This document shows positions 36,262 through 45,311 of a stretch of 61,091 bases of DNA, one piece after another (positions within the stretch are counted from its first letter, which is position 1; each line of letters begins with the position of its first letter). The notes below the pieces were generated by a model, which had not been told where the DNA came from, did no database searches, and worked only from the letters and a program-made list of their open reading frames with translations. A program made the translations under genes and the position numbers. This stretch comes from an uncultured Thermoplasmatales archaeon (GTDB lineage: Archaea > Thermoplasmatota > E2 > DHVEG-1), in the NCBI GenBank assembly GCA_964581795.1, contig CAZOPW010000003.1, positions 1-61,091 on the forward strand. The letters run 5' to 3'.

Positions 36262-36310
36262 ATCTATTCCTCATCAGATGCGAATGTAATTTATTATTGA
36301 TAGGGAATTG

Positions 36311-36610
36311 TTACGTTACTTCAACGATAAATCCCATATCTTCAAGTGTTTCTTTTACTTTCGACCGGTGGTCCCCTTGTAATTCAATTTTTCCGTCTTT
36401 GATGGTTCCACCGCTTGCACATTTTTTCTTTAATTTCGTTATTAATGAATCTAGATCAAGTTCATTTGGGTTGATACCATCAACGATGGTCATCATTTTA
36501 CCATATCTTCGTTTGTCAACTGTGATTTCGATTTTCTGCTGCTCTCTTGCAATGTCTTCACAGACACACAATTCTTTTGGAAGACCACATTTTGGACATA
36601 TTTCACTCAT
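36311..36610 (-). CDS. translation initiation factor aSUI1 (eIF1 homolog)
   Basis: N-terminal [13 protein letters not shown] zinc knuckle and the SUI1 core [13 protein letters not shown]...[16 protein letters not shown]. Confidence 0.9.
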   Translation of the reverse strand: MSEICPKCGLPKELCVCEDIAREQQKIEITVDKRRYGKMMTIVDGINPNELDLDSLITKLKKKCASGGTIKDGKIELQGDHRSKVKETLEDMGFIVEVT

Positions 36611-36811
36611 TTATTGCTCTCCTTCCTCCCGCATTATTGTTAATAAACGGGCGATGGATGTTCGTAACTGCCTGATCTTTCCGGGCGAGGGAGGTGATCC
36701 ACCCATAGCAGCTACACCTCGTTCGTGCATTAATTCACGTTTTAATTCTTCGAGTTTCTCAATTCTTTCATCAGGAGTGAATTCACGGATTTCTTTTGCT
36801 TTTAACACCAT
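36611..36811 (-). CDS. rpl29: 50S ribosomal protein L29 (uL29)
   Basis: 66 aa helical protein. Cluster position supports the call. Confidence 0.93.
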   Translation of the reverse strand: MVLKAKEIREFTPDERIEKLEELKRELMHERGVAAMGGSPPSPGKIRQLRTSIARLLTIMREEGEQ

Positions 36812-36830
36812 TTATTTTCACCCATTTTTT

Positions 36831-37739
36831 TTATTCAATTATCTTTTTTAATTCTTTAATGATAGTTTCAGCAGTTTTTTCACCGATTCCTTCAATAGAT
36901 GCTAAATCTTCTGCGTCCATTTCAAAGACTTCTTCAAGGGTGTGAACACCTGCTTTCTCGAATTTTTTAACGATAGAGGGGCCAATACCAGGGATTTCAG
37001 TTAACCTATGTATGTCGGGTTCTTTTTCTTTTGAAGGCTCTTCTTTTTTCTTTTGTTTTGTCTCTGTTTTCTCTTTAGCTGGTTCTTTCTTTTCTTTTTT
37101 CACTTGTTTTTTCTCTTCTTCTTTTTCTTTTTTCTCAGATTTCGGGGTTAGTATTGCGATTTCATCAGGTAATTGTGAATCAGGTTTCATAATTCCAACT
37201 TTTACTCCAAGCACGCCCGCTTTTAATTTGGAGACAGCGAAACCTCGGTCCATGACCTCTTTAGCGGTTTCACCACAATATTTAATGTGTCCTTGAGCAA
37301 ATTTTTCAGTTCGATGGCGGGATCCAGTGAGTTTACCTGCAATGACGACTTGACATCCTTTTGCTCCAGCACCCATGATTCGTCGAACGGTAGAATGACC
37401 CGCTCGACGGAAATGCCACCCTCGTTCTAACGCCTCAGCAAGTTTTTCTGCCATTATTTGAGCATTCAATGATGCAGAACTACCTGCTTCTTGAATTTCA
37501 ATTTGAGGATTATCAACGTCAAATTTCTCACGGATATCAGAAGTGATCTGCTTGATTTTCGAACCGCCTTTCCCAATAACCATACCAGGTCGTTCCACAA
37601 TGATATTAATCCGTGTTCCCATTGGAGTTCGTTGAATGGTCATACCGCCAAAGCCGGCTCCTTCAACTTTCTTGATGAGAAATTCTTTAATCAGGATTCG
37701 GTTCGTGCTTTCTCTGATAAACTTACGTTCGCCTGCCAT
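36831..37739 (-). CDS. rps3: 30S ribosomal protein S3 (uS3) with K/E-rich linker and C-terminal (HhH)2 module
   Basis: KH-domain S3 core over the first ~195 aa. A linker of about 45 aa follows (KSEKKEKEEEKKQVKKEKK...). The C-terminus is LTEIPGIGPSIVKKFEKAGV...EDLASIEGIGEKTAETI. Confidence 0.92.
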   Translation of the reverse strand: MAGERKFIRESTNRILIKEFLIKKVEGAGFGGMTIQRTPMGTRINIIVERPGMVIGKGGSKIKQITSDIREKFDVDNPQIEIQEAGSSASLNAQIMAEKLAEALERGWHFRRAGHSTVRRIMGAGAKGCQVVIAGKLTGSRHRTEKFAQGHIKYCGETAKEVMDRGFAVSKLKAGVLGVKVGIMKPDSQLPDEIAILTPKSEKKEKEEEKKQVKKEKKEPAKEKTETKQKKKEEPSKEKEPDIHRLTEIPGIGPSIVKKFEKAGVHTLEEVFEMDAEDLASIEGIGEKTAETIIKELKKIIE

Positions 37740-38185
37740 TACTCTACCTCTTCAATGATTATTTCAACATTCGTTGTCATTTTATTTTTATCAGTAGCCC
37801 GACCTTGCGCTCGAGGCATGAAACCACGAATGGTTCGTCCTCTATAGGCTGACATATGTTTGATGCGCATGTTCTCTACATCAAATCCTTTATATTCTGC
37901 ATTGTTCTCTGCATTTTTCACTATCTTTAACAGATATGTCGCTGCTTTTTGAGGAAATTTTCCAGGACCAGTACCTTTTTGATGACTGATTTTCCGTTTA
38001 TGGTAAATAGCAGGGACTGCTCGTTTCAAAGCAATAACTTCTTCTAAATACGTTTTTGCAGCTTCTACCTTCATTCCTCGGAGCGCATAAGCTAAGTTTT
38101 TCGCATCTTTTGGTGAGCAATGCAGCTCATACCCATATGCTTTTGCAGTTTTATCCGGATCTGATTCAGTTGAATATCTTTGCAT
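37739..38185 (-). CDS. rpl22: 50S ribosomal protein L22 (uL22)
   Basis: L22 family pattern. Cluster position supports the call. Confidence 0.95.
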   Translation of the reverse strand: MQRYSTESDPDKTAKAYGYELHCSPKDAKNLAYALRGMKVEAAKTYLEEVIALKRAVPAIYHKRKISHQKGTGPGKFPQKAATYLLKIVKNAENNAEYKGFDVENMRIKHMSAYRGRTIRGFMPRAQGRATDKNKMTTNVEIIIEEVE

Positions 38186-38191
38186 ATATCA

Positions 38192-38626
38192 TCACTTCAA
38201 TGGCATAAATTTAGAGGATCGTGTTGCTCCTACACCTGGTCCTGTATGTTTCACTTTCTTTCTAGTTAACGCAAATTCTCCAAGATAATGGCCGATCATA
38301 TCCGGCTCGATTTTTACTTCTTGAAATTCATTTCCATTATGAATCGCAATTTTATGCCCTACAAAATTTGGTAGAATCACCATATCTCGGACGTGAGTAC
38401 GAATCACCGTATCTTCATTTGCCTTTTGAACATCTTTAAATAATTTATTTTGACGTGGAGTAAACCCTCGTTTGATACTTCGTCGCATTCTTGAGGGAAG
38501 AAGGGGTAATAATTCATTCATCGATAATTTTTTGACTTCTTCAATAGTCAATCCATGAAAGCGGTACTCCTTCTTTTTCACTTCAATTTTCTTACGCCTT
38601 CGTTTCCGTTGTGATCTTGTCACCAT
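38192..38626 (-). CDS. rps19: 30S ribosomal protein S19 (uS19)
   Basis: HNGNEFQEVKI and GHYLGEFALTRK blocks. Confidence 0.95.
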   Translation of the reverse strand: MVTRSQRKRRRKKIEVKKKEYRFHGLTIEEVKKLSMNELLPLLPSRMRRSIKRGFTPRQNKLFKDVQKANEDTVIRTHVRDMVILPNFVGHKIAIHNGNEFQEVKIEPDMIGHYLGEFALTRKKVKHTGPGVGATRSSKFMPLK

Positions 38627-38628
38627 GT

Positions 38629-39339
38629 TTATTTCCTCCCCGTTCGTTTCGCTGCTACACTTCCTACTTTTCTACCAGGGGGTGCTCCTCGTTTTACGGT
38701 GGATGGTTTTCCAACATGTTGATGACCACCACCTCCATGTGGATGGGCAACAGGATTCATTGCGACACCTCGAACAACTGGATGTTGTTTTCCTCTCACA
38801 CGGAATGCAATGTGTTTCTTTCCAGCTTTTAAGAATGGTTTGTCTTTTCGTCCACCACCGGCAACTGCACCAACTGTGGCTCGACAAGAGGAGGGAATTG
38901 TTTTAAATCGACCGGATGGTAAGCGAATCACTGTTTTATCTGCCGTGTGAGACACGACTGTAGCGCTACTTCCTCCCGCCCGGACTAATTTACCTCCATC
39001 TCCTGGTGCAAGTTCAATATTGTAAATTGGATATCCTTCTTCAATTTGACCAATTGGAATAATATTTCCTGGTTCAACATCTTCAACATCATTAGAAAAT
39101 TTAATGATATCTCCAACTTTGGTTCCTTCTGCAGCAATGACCTTTATCGTACGATTATTTTCCATCCTTACAATAGCTAATGGTGCAGTACGACCAGGAT
39201 CATGGATTAAATCTTCAACGACTCCTTGTTGTGTTAGTGTACTATGATGATATCGCACTTTTCCATGATATCGGTGTGATGGAATCGTGTATCGGCCATT
39301 GAATCTGCCTCTTCTCTGTTGGATTAATCTTTTTCCCAT
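38629..39339 (-). CDS. rpl2: 50S ribosomal protein L2 (uL2)
   Basis: Start at MGKRLIQQRRG (ATG 39339). GVAMNPVAHPHGGG block. Confidence 0.95.
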   Translation of the reverse strand: MGKRLIQQRRGRFNGRYTIPSHRYHGKVRYHHSTLTQQGVVEDLIHDPGRTAPLAIVRMENNRTIKVIAAEGTKVGDIIKFSNDVEDVEPGNIIPIGQIEEGYPIYNIELAPGDGGKLVRAGGSSATVVSHTADKTVIRLPSGRFKTIPSSCRATVGAVAGGGRKDKPFLKAGKKHIAFRVRGKQHPVVRGVAMNPVAHPHGGGGHQHVGKPSTVKRGAPPGRKVGSVAAKRTGRK

Positions 39340-39352
39340 GTTGTTTTCACCT

Positions 39353-39610
39353 TTAGAACACACCTATTCTCATGCCTATATCTTCAGCATCATAATCTGG
39401 AGTAAATCTGACGATGGCATGTTTTCCATTTTTTGAAATTTTTGTGTTAACATGTTCAACTTCAACATCAAATAATTGTTCAATTGCTTTCTTTATCGTT
39501 TGTTTAGTTGCAGTTCTTCGAACGATAAATTCAAGTGCATTATTATCTTCCATGAGATTCATGGTTTTTTCAGTGACATATGGATGAAAGATGATGTTAT
39601 ATGGATCCAT
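39353..39610 (-). CDS. rpl23: 50S ribosomal protein L23 (uL23)
   Basis: 85 aa. L23 pattern. Cluster position supports the call. Confidence 0.95.
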   Translation of the reverse strand: MDPYNIIFHPYVTEKTMNLMEDNNALEFIVRRTATKQTIKKAIEQLFDVEVEHVNTKISKNGKHAIVRFTPDYDAEDIGMRIGVF

Positions 39611-40371
39611 CAGGCATTACCTCCTAATGCAGTTAAAGCTGATTTTGTAATAAGCGTTAGTCTTCCACTTTCTCCGCCTGGAGCAAGATGTTCGATATTT
39701 ACTTCTTTTGGATGAGCGATGTCAATACCGGTAAGGTTTCGTGATCCCTTGATAAGAGTTGGGTTGGAAGTGATAATGAGAAGTGATTTTGGTGTTCTGT
39801 ATTTTCTTCCTCTATTTTTGCCTTTTCCGGCACGAATATGTTTTCCATTTTTTGCTCGGAGGAGATCCTCATACACTCCAAGGTCTTTCAATGCACTGAT
39901 GACTTCTTTTGTTTTCGATAATTTCTCAAATTCGTCATCAACAATGAGTGGCAAGGTAATTTTATCATCGAATTTATGACCTCGTTTTGAAACGATTTCT
40001 TTATTTGCTGTTGCTGCTAATGCAGAATAACATGCGATTTTTTTCTCTTTTTTATTGATTTTTTCATGCCAGTTTCGTTCTGGCGTTGGGGGGTGAGCGC
40101 GTCTTCCACCAACAACACAAGGTGCCAATGCTGCTTGTCTTCCTTGTGTTAATCGTGGAACCCGTGACATACCTCTTCCTTTTCCTGCTGAGGCAGTAGC
40201 ATGTTGTGCTCCTGCTCTTCGGTAAGGCCCATAAGGTTTTCGTTTATTTGAAGTAAGTATACTGAATGATTTATGAATGATGTCTGGTCTGAAGGGTGTT
40301 TCAAATATTGAAGGTAGTGTTACTTTTTCTTTCGAAGACCCGTCGATTCCATATACATTTACTTTTACCAT
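39610..40371 (-). CDS. rpl4: 50S ribosomal protein L4 (uL4)
   Basis: L4 family blocks (GKGRGMSRVPR). Cluster position supports the call. Confidence 0.95.
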   Translation of the reverse strand: MVKVNVYGIDGSSKEKVTLPSIFETPFRPDIIHKSFSILTSNKRKPYGPYRRAGAQHATASAGKGRGMSRVPRLTQGRQAALAPCVVGGRRAHPPTPERNWHEKINKKEKKIACYSALAATANKEIVSKRGHKFDDKITLPLIVDDEFEKLSKTKEVISALKDLGVYEDLLRAKNGKHIRAGKGKNRGRKYRTPKSLLIITSNPTLIKGSRNLTGIDIAHPKEVNIEHLAPGGESGRLTLITKSALTALGGNA

Positions 40372-40376
40372 GGTGT

Positions 40377-41372
40377 TCAGACTCCTTGTTTACTTGTTGT
40401 TGAAATGTAACTGATCTCTGGTTTTTTGACTTCAACACCTCGTCGATATCGAATGGCATCTCTCATGCTGACCACTCGTTTTGTTGGTCCAGGTATGGAT
40501 CCATGTATGAGAACATATGAGTTGTTTATATTTCCGTAATGAGGAAATCCACCAGCTGGAGTGATATCTTCACCGTTTTCTCCTATTTTTAGTACACGTT
40601 TGTTGTACTCTGTTCGTTGGTGATATCCCATTTGTCCTGCTTGTGGAACAGTTGCTTGAATCCAGTTAGGATGCCAGGAACCAGCAGTTCCAATCATCCG
40701 GCGGTGTTTTGAATTTTTATGAGAAAGTAATTTTACGCCCCATCGTTGTACGTGACCTTGAAATCCTTTTCCTTTTGTGATAGCAAGGAAATCAACCATG
40801 TCTCCTTCCCTAACGACATCATTTATGGTGACTTCTTTACCGAGAATATCTTTGACGTAATTAATTCGTTCTTCTATATTTCCGCCACTGATTCTCATTT
40901 CTCTGAGTTCTGGTACTTTCTTTGGGATTGATTTCACTTGTTTTGGTTGAGTGTATACGAGCACTCGGACATCATCGGAATTTTTGAATTGATCCCATTT
41001 TTGTTTCTTTGATTTTTTTGGTAGTGATAATCGCTTTGCAAGTTCTGCATCAAGTTTATCGCTCCAAATTTCACCAGTGGTTTGAAGACCTTTATTAGTT
41101 TCTTTATAGAATCGAGCAGCCGCAATTTTCATTGGGGGGGTTTCAACAACGGATACTGGCATGATGACTTCTCGTCCTGATGTTGTTGATGTTGGTCTGT
41201 AATCTACGACGAGCGCATGGGTCATTCCCGCTTTATATCCCATAAATCCTTGGATTTTTGGGGTGTCTCCACCTCTATGTGGCCAATGTCGGATATGAGG
41301 GATTTGCGATTGTGCTCTTTTTCGTGGCGAATACGCCATTGATCCTCTTCTTGGATGATGTCTTTCTGGCAT
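40377..41372 (-). CDS. rpl3: 50S ribosomal protein L3 (uL3)
   Basis: HPRRGSMAYSPRKRA start and FQGHVQRWGVK block. It is the first gene of the cluster. Confidence 0.95.
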   Translation of the reverse strand: MPERHHPRRGSMAYSPRKRAQSQIPHIRHWPHRGGDTPKIQGFMGYKAGMTHALVVDYRPTSTTSGREVIMPVSVVETPPMKIAAARFYKETNKGLQTTGEIWSDKLDAELAKRLSLPKKSKKQKWDQFKNSDDVRVLVYTQPKQVKSIPKKVPELREMRISGGNIEERINYVKDILGKEVTINDVVREGDMVDFLAITKGKGFQGHVQRWGVKLLSHKNSKHRRMIGTAGSWHPNWIQATVPQAGQMGYHQRTEYNKRVLKIGENGEDITPAGGFPHYGNINNSYVLIHGSIPGPTKRVVSMRDAIRYRRGVEVKKPEISYISTTSKQGV

Positions 41373-41465
41373 TGTATATCATCTCAGCTAACTGTTTTTT
41401 ACTAGTTCAGATGAAGGTAACTTTTTTTAAGTTTGTAATCACTTTGTTCATACCGTGACATGTTT

Positions 41466-41502
41466 TTAAGCAAACGAAAATACTTTTTGGGTGTTTGCTT
41501 AA
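41466..41502 (-). promoter_or_regulatory. 10-bp stem hairpin in the putative rpl3 operon leader
   Basis: TTAAGCAAAC...GTTTGCTTAA inverted repeat with a 17-nt loop, read directly from the sequence. Confidence 0.35.
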
Positions 41503-41573
41503 TTTCGGGGTTCTCTTGGGAATTGCCCGAGATGTCTGGTATAAACGGGGAATCTACGGATGATAAAAATGGT

Positions 41574-41581
41574 ATTTAAAT
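41574..41581 (-). promoter_or_regulatory. palindromic TATA-like element (ATTTAAAT), candidate promoter of the rpl3 operon
   Basis: It is the only good TATA match I see in the 249-nt gap upstream of rpl3. It implies a leader of roughly 170 nt. Confidence 0.3.
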
Positions 41582-41620
41582 GTTGTCCCTGATTTCGGTA
41601 AAATGGGTCTTGTTCTTTTA

Positions 41621-42094
41621 TTAAAAGAGATGGGGGATCAGTCTCCAGGGTGTTTGTTTCATGTATTTTTTGTATTCATTACCATATTGTTTGATTAATC
41701 TTTTTTCCTCATCAATGATGCTTATAATCATTATGGGAATAGCAATAGTTGCAAGAAGAAGTGCTGCCGTTGAATAAAAAAAGAGTGCAAGACCATAACC
41801 AATGATGAGAAGTGAAGTGTAGTGGGCATGTCTTATTGTTGAGCAGATGCCGGTGGTGACGAGTTGACCGTGATATGTTTTGTGCCAAAAGATTTCCCAT
41901 TTGAAATAAAGTAAGGTCCCAGCAAAAAAGATGATACTTCCGGTAACGATTGTTGGAAGTTGGGGAAGGGGTAGTTGGAAGACTTGAAAAAGAGCGGTTA
42001 ATGGGCCTATCATTATAATTAATAATAATGGTGAATAATGTATAATGAATAATGGTCGAAGGGTTTTTGGTGGTTTATATGGAAGAAGTGACAT
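41621..42094 (-). CDS. isoprenylcysteine carboxyl methyltransferase (ICMT)/PEMT-family membrane methyltransferase
   Basis: Multiple TM helices. C-terminal RHAHYTS...EEKRLIKQYGNEYKKYMKQTPWRLIP block is typical of the ICMT/PEMT superfamily. Confidence 0.65.
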   Translation of the reverse strand: MSLLPYKPPKTLRPLFIIHYSPLLLIIMIGPLTALFQVFQLPLPQLPTIVTGSIIFFAGTLLYFKWEIFWHKTYHGQLVTTGICSTIRHAHYTSLLIIGYGLALFFYSTAALLLATIAIPIMIISIIDEEKRLIKQYGNEYKKYMKQTPWRLIPHLF

Positions 42095-42103
42095 AAAAAA
42101 AAG

Positions 42104-42859
42104 TTATTGAAGTGTGATACCATTGTCTGATATCGTAATGTTTTGTGGTTTTAATGAGTGTTTGGTGTTTCTCATTTTGATAATGGATAGTTTTCTTCGA
42201 TCCATGGTGGTATCATAACTTAGGGTGATGACGCCATCAGCAAGAAATTCTGAGATGCCGTCTCTGGATAATGAAGTTGATCCGAGTTGAAGTTCTGAGG
42301 TGACAACAGATGTGGCTCCTGAGCTTTCTAATGCATTCATGATGTATCTGAGATGTCGTCGTTGTGGGGTTTTTGCTTGTGCTTGGTTTTTTGAGTTGAC
42401 GATACTGTAATTTGGTGGAGTGTATTCAGGGTTTCGGATATACATGGGCATTTCGGAAAGAGGGGTGATTGAGTCTAGGACGATTCGGTCGTAGTTTCCT
42501 TGTAGGATTTCTTCGCTCATGCTTTCATAAATCATTTTTTGGTTAATATCAAGATAGCGAAATTTTGCGTTTCCTTGTTCTATTGCATTTTGAAAATCAA
42601 ATCCAAGGTTTTTTGCTTGGAAAATGAGTCCTTCTTCTTGTTTATCTAAAGTTAGGTACAGGACTTTTTCATCGTTCTTAATTCCTTCATAGAGAAAGTG
42701 GAAGCAAAAAATACTTTTTCCTGCTCCCGGGGACCCTGAGACAAGAGTTATGGATTGTTCAGGAAACCCGCCTTGTATAAGATTATCTAAATTTGTGATG
42801 CCTGTAGTGATTCGTTGAATACAATTATTTGATTGTTTTGCAAAGATTTCATCCATCAT
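42104..42859 (-). CDS. KaiC-like RecA-superfamily ATPase (single domain)
   Basis: TGITNLDNLIQGGFPEQSITLVSGSPGAGKS (Walker A) and RIVLDSITPL (Walker B). Confidence 0.8.
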   Translation of the reverse strand: MMDEIFAKQSNNCIQRITTGITNLDNLIQGGFPEQSITLVSGSPGAGKSIFCFHFLYEGIKNDEKVLYLTLDKQEEGLIFQAKNLGFDFQNAIEQGNAKFRYLDINQKMIYESMSEEILQGNYDRIVLDSITPLSEMPMYIRNPEYTPPNYSIVNSKNQAQAKTPQRRHLRYIMNALESSGATSVVTSELQLGSTSLSRDGISEFLADGVITLSYDTTMDRRKLSIIKMRNTKHSLKPQNITISDNGITLQ

Positions 42860-42991
42860 GTTTATCCCATCCTATATTTGAACAAGTAGTATATCTGCTT
42901 TGAGTTTTTAGCTGTTATGGTCAAATAAAGATGTCGGTTTTTTTAAAAAAATGTTCTTGTTTATAAGCTTTTAGGAGAAGAAAAAGAAATA

Positions 42992-42999
42992 TTTATATA
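42992..42999 (+). promoter_or_regulatory. TATA-box-like element (TTTATATA) upstream of the 77-aa ORF
   Basis: About 50 nt upstream of ATG 43049. Confidence 0.3.
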
Positions 43000-43048
43000 C
43001 TTTGTAGAATAAAAATAATAGTAGGCAAATATTTATTGGGGGCCATAC

Positions 43049-43282
43049 ATGGAAAACAAAAAAACAAATATCTGGATTTGGCTGCAAAACGGGGAATTGT
43101 TCAAATCTGTTTCATGTCCCGACGAAGGAAAGGTTTGTATTTATGATGCAAACGATAAACTTTTGTTAAAACGAAAAGGACTAAATAAATTACAAATTAA
43201 ACAAATCGAACAATACATTCAAAGGTATGGTGCCAAAAAACTCAATAAAAATGCCGAACCATTTAGATTTCTTGGAAAATAA
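43049..43282 (+). CDS. hypothetical 77-aa protein, opposite in orientation to the flanking ATPase genes
   Basis: ORF track only. A TATA-like box lies about 50 nt upstream and a G-rich SD-like element precedes the ATG. No family recognised. Confidence 0.4.
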   Translation: MENKKTNIWIWLQNGELFKSVSCPDEGKVCIYDANDKLLLKRKGLNKLQIKQIEQYIQRYGAKKLNKNAEPFRFLGK

Positions 43283-43303
43283 ATAAAGAATAATAAGTCA
43301 TTA

Positions 43304-44161
43304 TTAAAACGAGATTGGAACGGTTTTTTCAGGATATACGGCTATTCCATTTGATTCAATTTCCATGGAAACAATTTTTTTTAAGTGTTTTCCATATCTC
43401 ATCTTTAATACTTCAATAGCTCCTTGTCGGCCCTGATCTACTTTTACATTATATAAAACAATAATACCATCCGCGAGGAATTCTTCGATTCCTGAATCAC
43501 TGAATCTAGTAGGTAAAGGATCAGTTTCACTAATTAATAATGATGTAGATCCCGTGTCTTCAAAAAAAGTGAATAATTGTTGAAGATATACTCGATAATT
43601 TTTTTCTTTTGTCACTGATGCAGCAATTATTGCAGTGAGTGAATCAACAACAATGACTTCTGGGTTGAATCCCTGGGGGATAACGAGTGGTTTGATTTTA
43701 TAGGATAATTCAGTTGCTGATCCTGATCCGCCAAGTGAACCGAATTTCATACGAAGAATGTCAAGTGGATTTATGTTTTGAATGAGAAAATCTCCTCGAT
43801 CGACTGCATCGGTTACATCCCATCCGAATTCTTTTAAACTTTGTATGATACGTTCTTTTCCTTCCTCGAAACTGACATACATGCATCGTTTCCCTTGTTT
43901 GATTTGGCTGACACATATCTGTCTGCAAAGGGTACTTTTTCCTGTTCCAGGTCCGCCAGCGATCATGACCGCGTTACCTTTTGGAATTCCGCCATTTTCA
44001 AATAGATCATCAAAACCAGGGATATTGGTTTTTAGAACGGATTGTCCATCTGATGATTGAGAAGGACACGTTGAAGTAGAATCCTCATTTTCAGATTCTG
44101 GTTTATCTTGATATGTTATGTCGTTTAATTCCATGTTATTTGAAACCATCCATCCTTTCAA
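43304..44161 (-). CDS. KaiC-like RecA-superfamily ATPase with S/D/E-rich N-terminal extension
   Basis: IPGFDDLFENGGIPKGNAVMIAGGPGTGKS (Walker A) and VIVVDSLTAI (Walker B). The track start at 44161 is TTG. ATG alternatives are at 44149 and 44134. Confidence 0.8.
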   Translation of the reverse strand: MKGWMVSNNMELNDITYQDKPESENEDSTSTCPSQSSDGQSVLKTNIPGFDDLFENGGIPKGNAVMIAGGPGTGKSTLCRQICVSQIKQGKRCMYVSFEEGKERIIQSLKEFGWDVTDAVDRGDFLIQNINPLDILRMKFGSLGGSGSATELSYKIKPLVIPQGFNPEVIVVDSLTAIIAASVTKEKNYRVYLQQLFTFFEDTGSTSLLISETDPLPTRFSDSGIEEFLADGIIVLYNVKVDQGRQGAIEVLKMRYGKHLKKIVSMEIESNGIAVYPEKTVPISF

Positions 44162-44282
44162 CCACTTTCGTGGTGATAAATGTTATATTGATAGAAATGT
44201 ATGTTTTTTTGGGTCCTTATCACACTATGATATGTTCCAAGTCTTAAAAAAACTTGTCACCTCATATTATTACATAATACCA

Positions 44283-45170
44283 TTATTTTACAACAATTCC
44301 GGGTCCAATTTGCGCTCCAATAGATACGAGATTAATTTTTACGGTTAATGATTTTGATCCCGGTTCGATAAGGACATGTGTTGGTGAATCATCTGGATGT
44401 TTTTTTATGGTAATAAATCCTTGATCTAATTCTTCCTTTAGTAACTTTGCAAAGGTTGCATTCCATGCATCAAGATACTCTGAATAAATTTTAATGTAAT
44501 CTGTTGTAGCACCAGTAGCACCGCCATACAAATTGGAAGAGGAATAGTTTGTTCGAATGAAACAATTCTTATATCCTGCTGTGGTGTTTTTGCCTGCTAC
44601 ACTATTAAAGGTTGGAAGAATCCATTCACAATATATCGTTGATGATCTATTTTCAATGGTTAGAGACGGATCGACTTTAATTGATTCGCCGTCATACTGC
44701 CGTAAAATCACAGCGCCTCCTTCAAGAATAAAGTCTTGGTCTAAATAATAGGAATTTTGCCCTTCATACTGAATACGAGTGAGTGGGATGTCACTAGCAA
44801 AGGAAAGATCAATGTGATTATCTGTGAAATCAATAATTGTAACTTGACCGAATGCGCGAACACTGACTAAATAAGGAAGTTCTCTACTGCCAAGTGTTAA
44901 TGGAGACGAAATAGGTACATCTTCTTCGACCATCGATTGTAGATCAACTACTGATTTAAGATAAGAAAACTGGTTTTCAACTTCATCCATGTGCTCAGCT
45001 TCACGCTGCTGCATAATGTCTGGTACATACACGAGTTGAACGGTTGAAATAATAACAGCGACTAATGCAACAAGAAGCAATGCTTCGATAACACCAGCTA
45101 CTGCTATGTGATCAGATTTAAGAGTGTTTTTACCCATCAAATTCATTGTGTTTTCCATCCACCTTAGCAA
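44283..45170 (-). CDS. archaeal type IV pilin-like (Pilin_N / class III signal peptide) secreted protein
   Basis: N-terminus ...KSDHIAVAGVIEALLLVALVAVIISTVQLVYV resembles the archaeal pilin N-terminal consensus (AVSPVIGVILMVAITV...). The rest is predicted beta-rich. The true start may be an internal ATG (MNLMGKN). Confidence 0.6.
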   Translation of the reverse strand: MLRWMENTMNLMGKNTLKSDHIAVAGVIEALLLVALVAVIISTVQLVYVPDIMQQREAEHMDEVENQFSYLKSVVDLQSMVEEDVPISSPLTLGSRELPYLVSVRAFGQVTIIDFTDNHIDLSFASDIPLTRIQYEGQNSYYLDQDFILEGGAVILRQYDGESIKVDPSLTIENRSSTIYCEWILPTFNSVAGKNTTAGYKNCFIRTNYSSSNLYGGATGATTDYIKIYSEYLDAWNATFAKLLKEELDQGFITIKKHPDDSPTHVLIEPGSKSLTVKINLVSIGAQIGPGIVVK

Positions 45171-45311
45171 TATAATATAGATGTTCTGTTTTATATGTAT
45201 TTCTTGGCAATTTCACTGTTTTGATAAACTTAAAGAATGAATGATGCATTCATAAGAAATTACTCAGAAAGATAAGGTATTACTGAGGTGTGGTAAGCTT
45301 AGAGGTGAAAA

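Noticed and set aside
36243-36851. 202-aa plus-strand ORF
   Set aside because: It is antisense to the SUI1 and rpl29 genes and part of rnp1. It is a composition-driven open frame.
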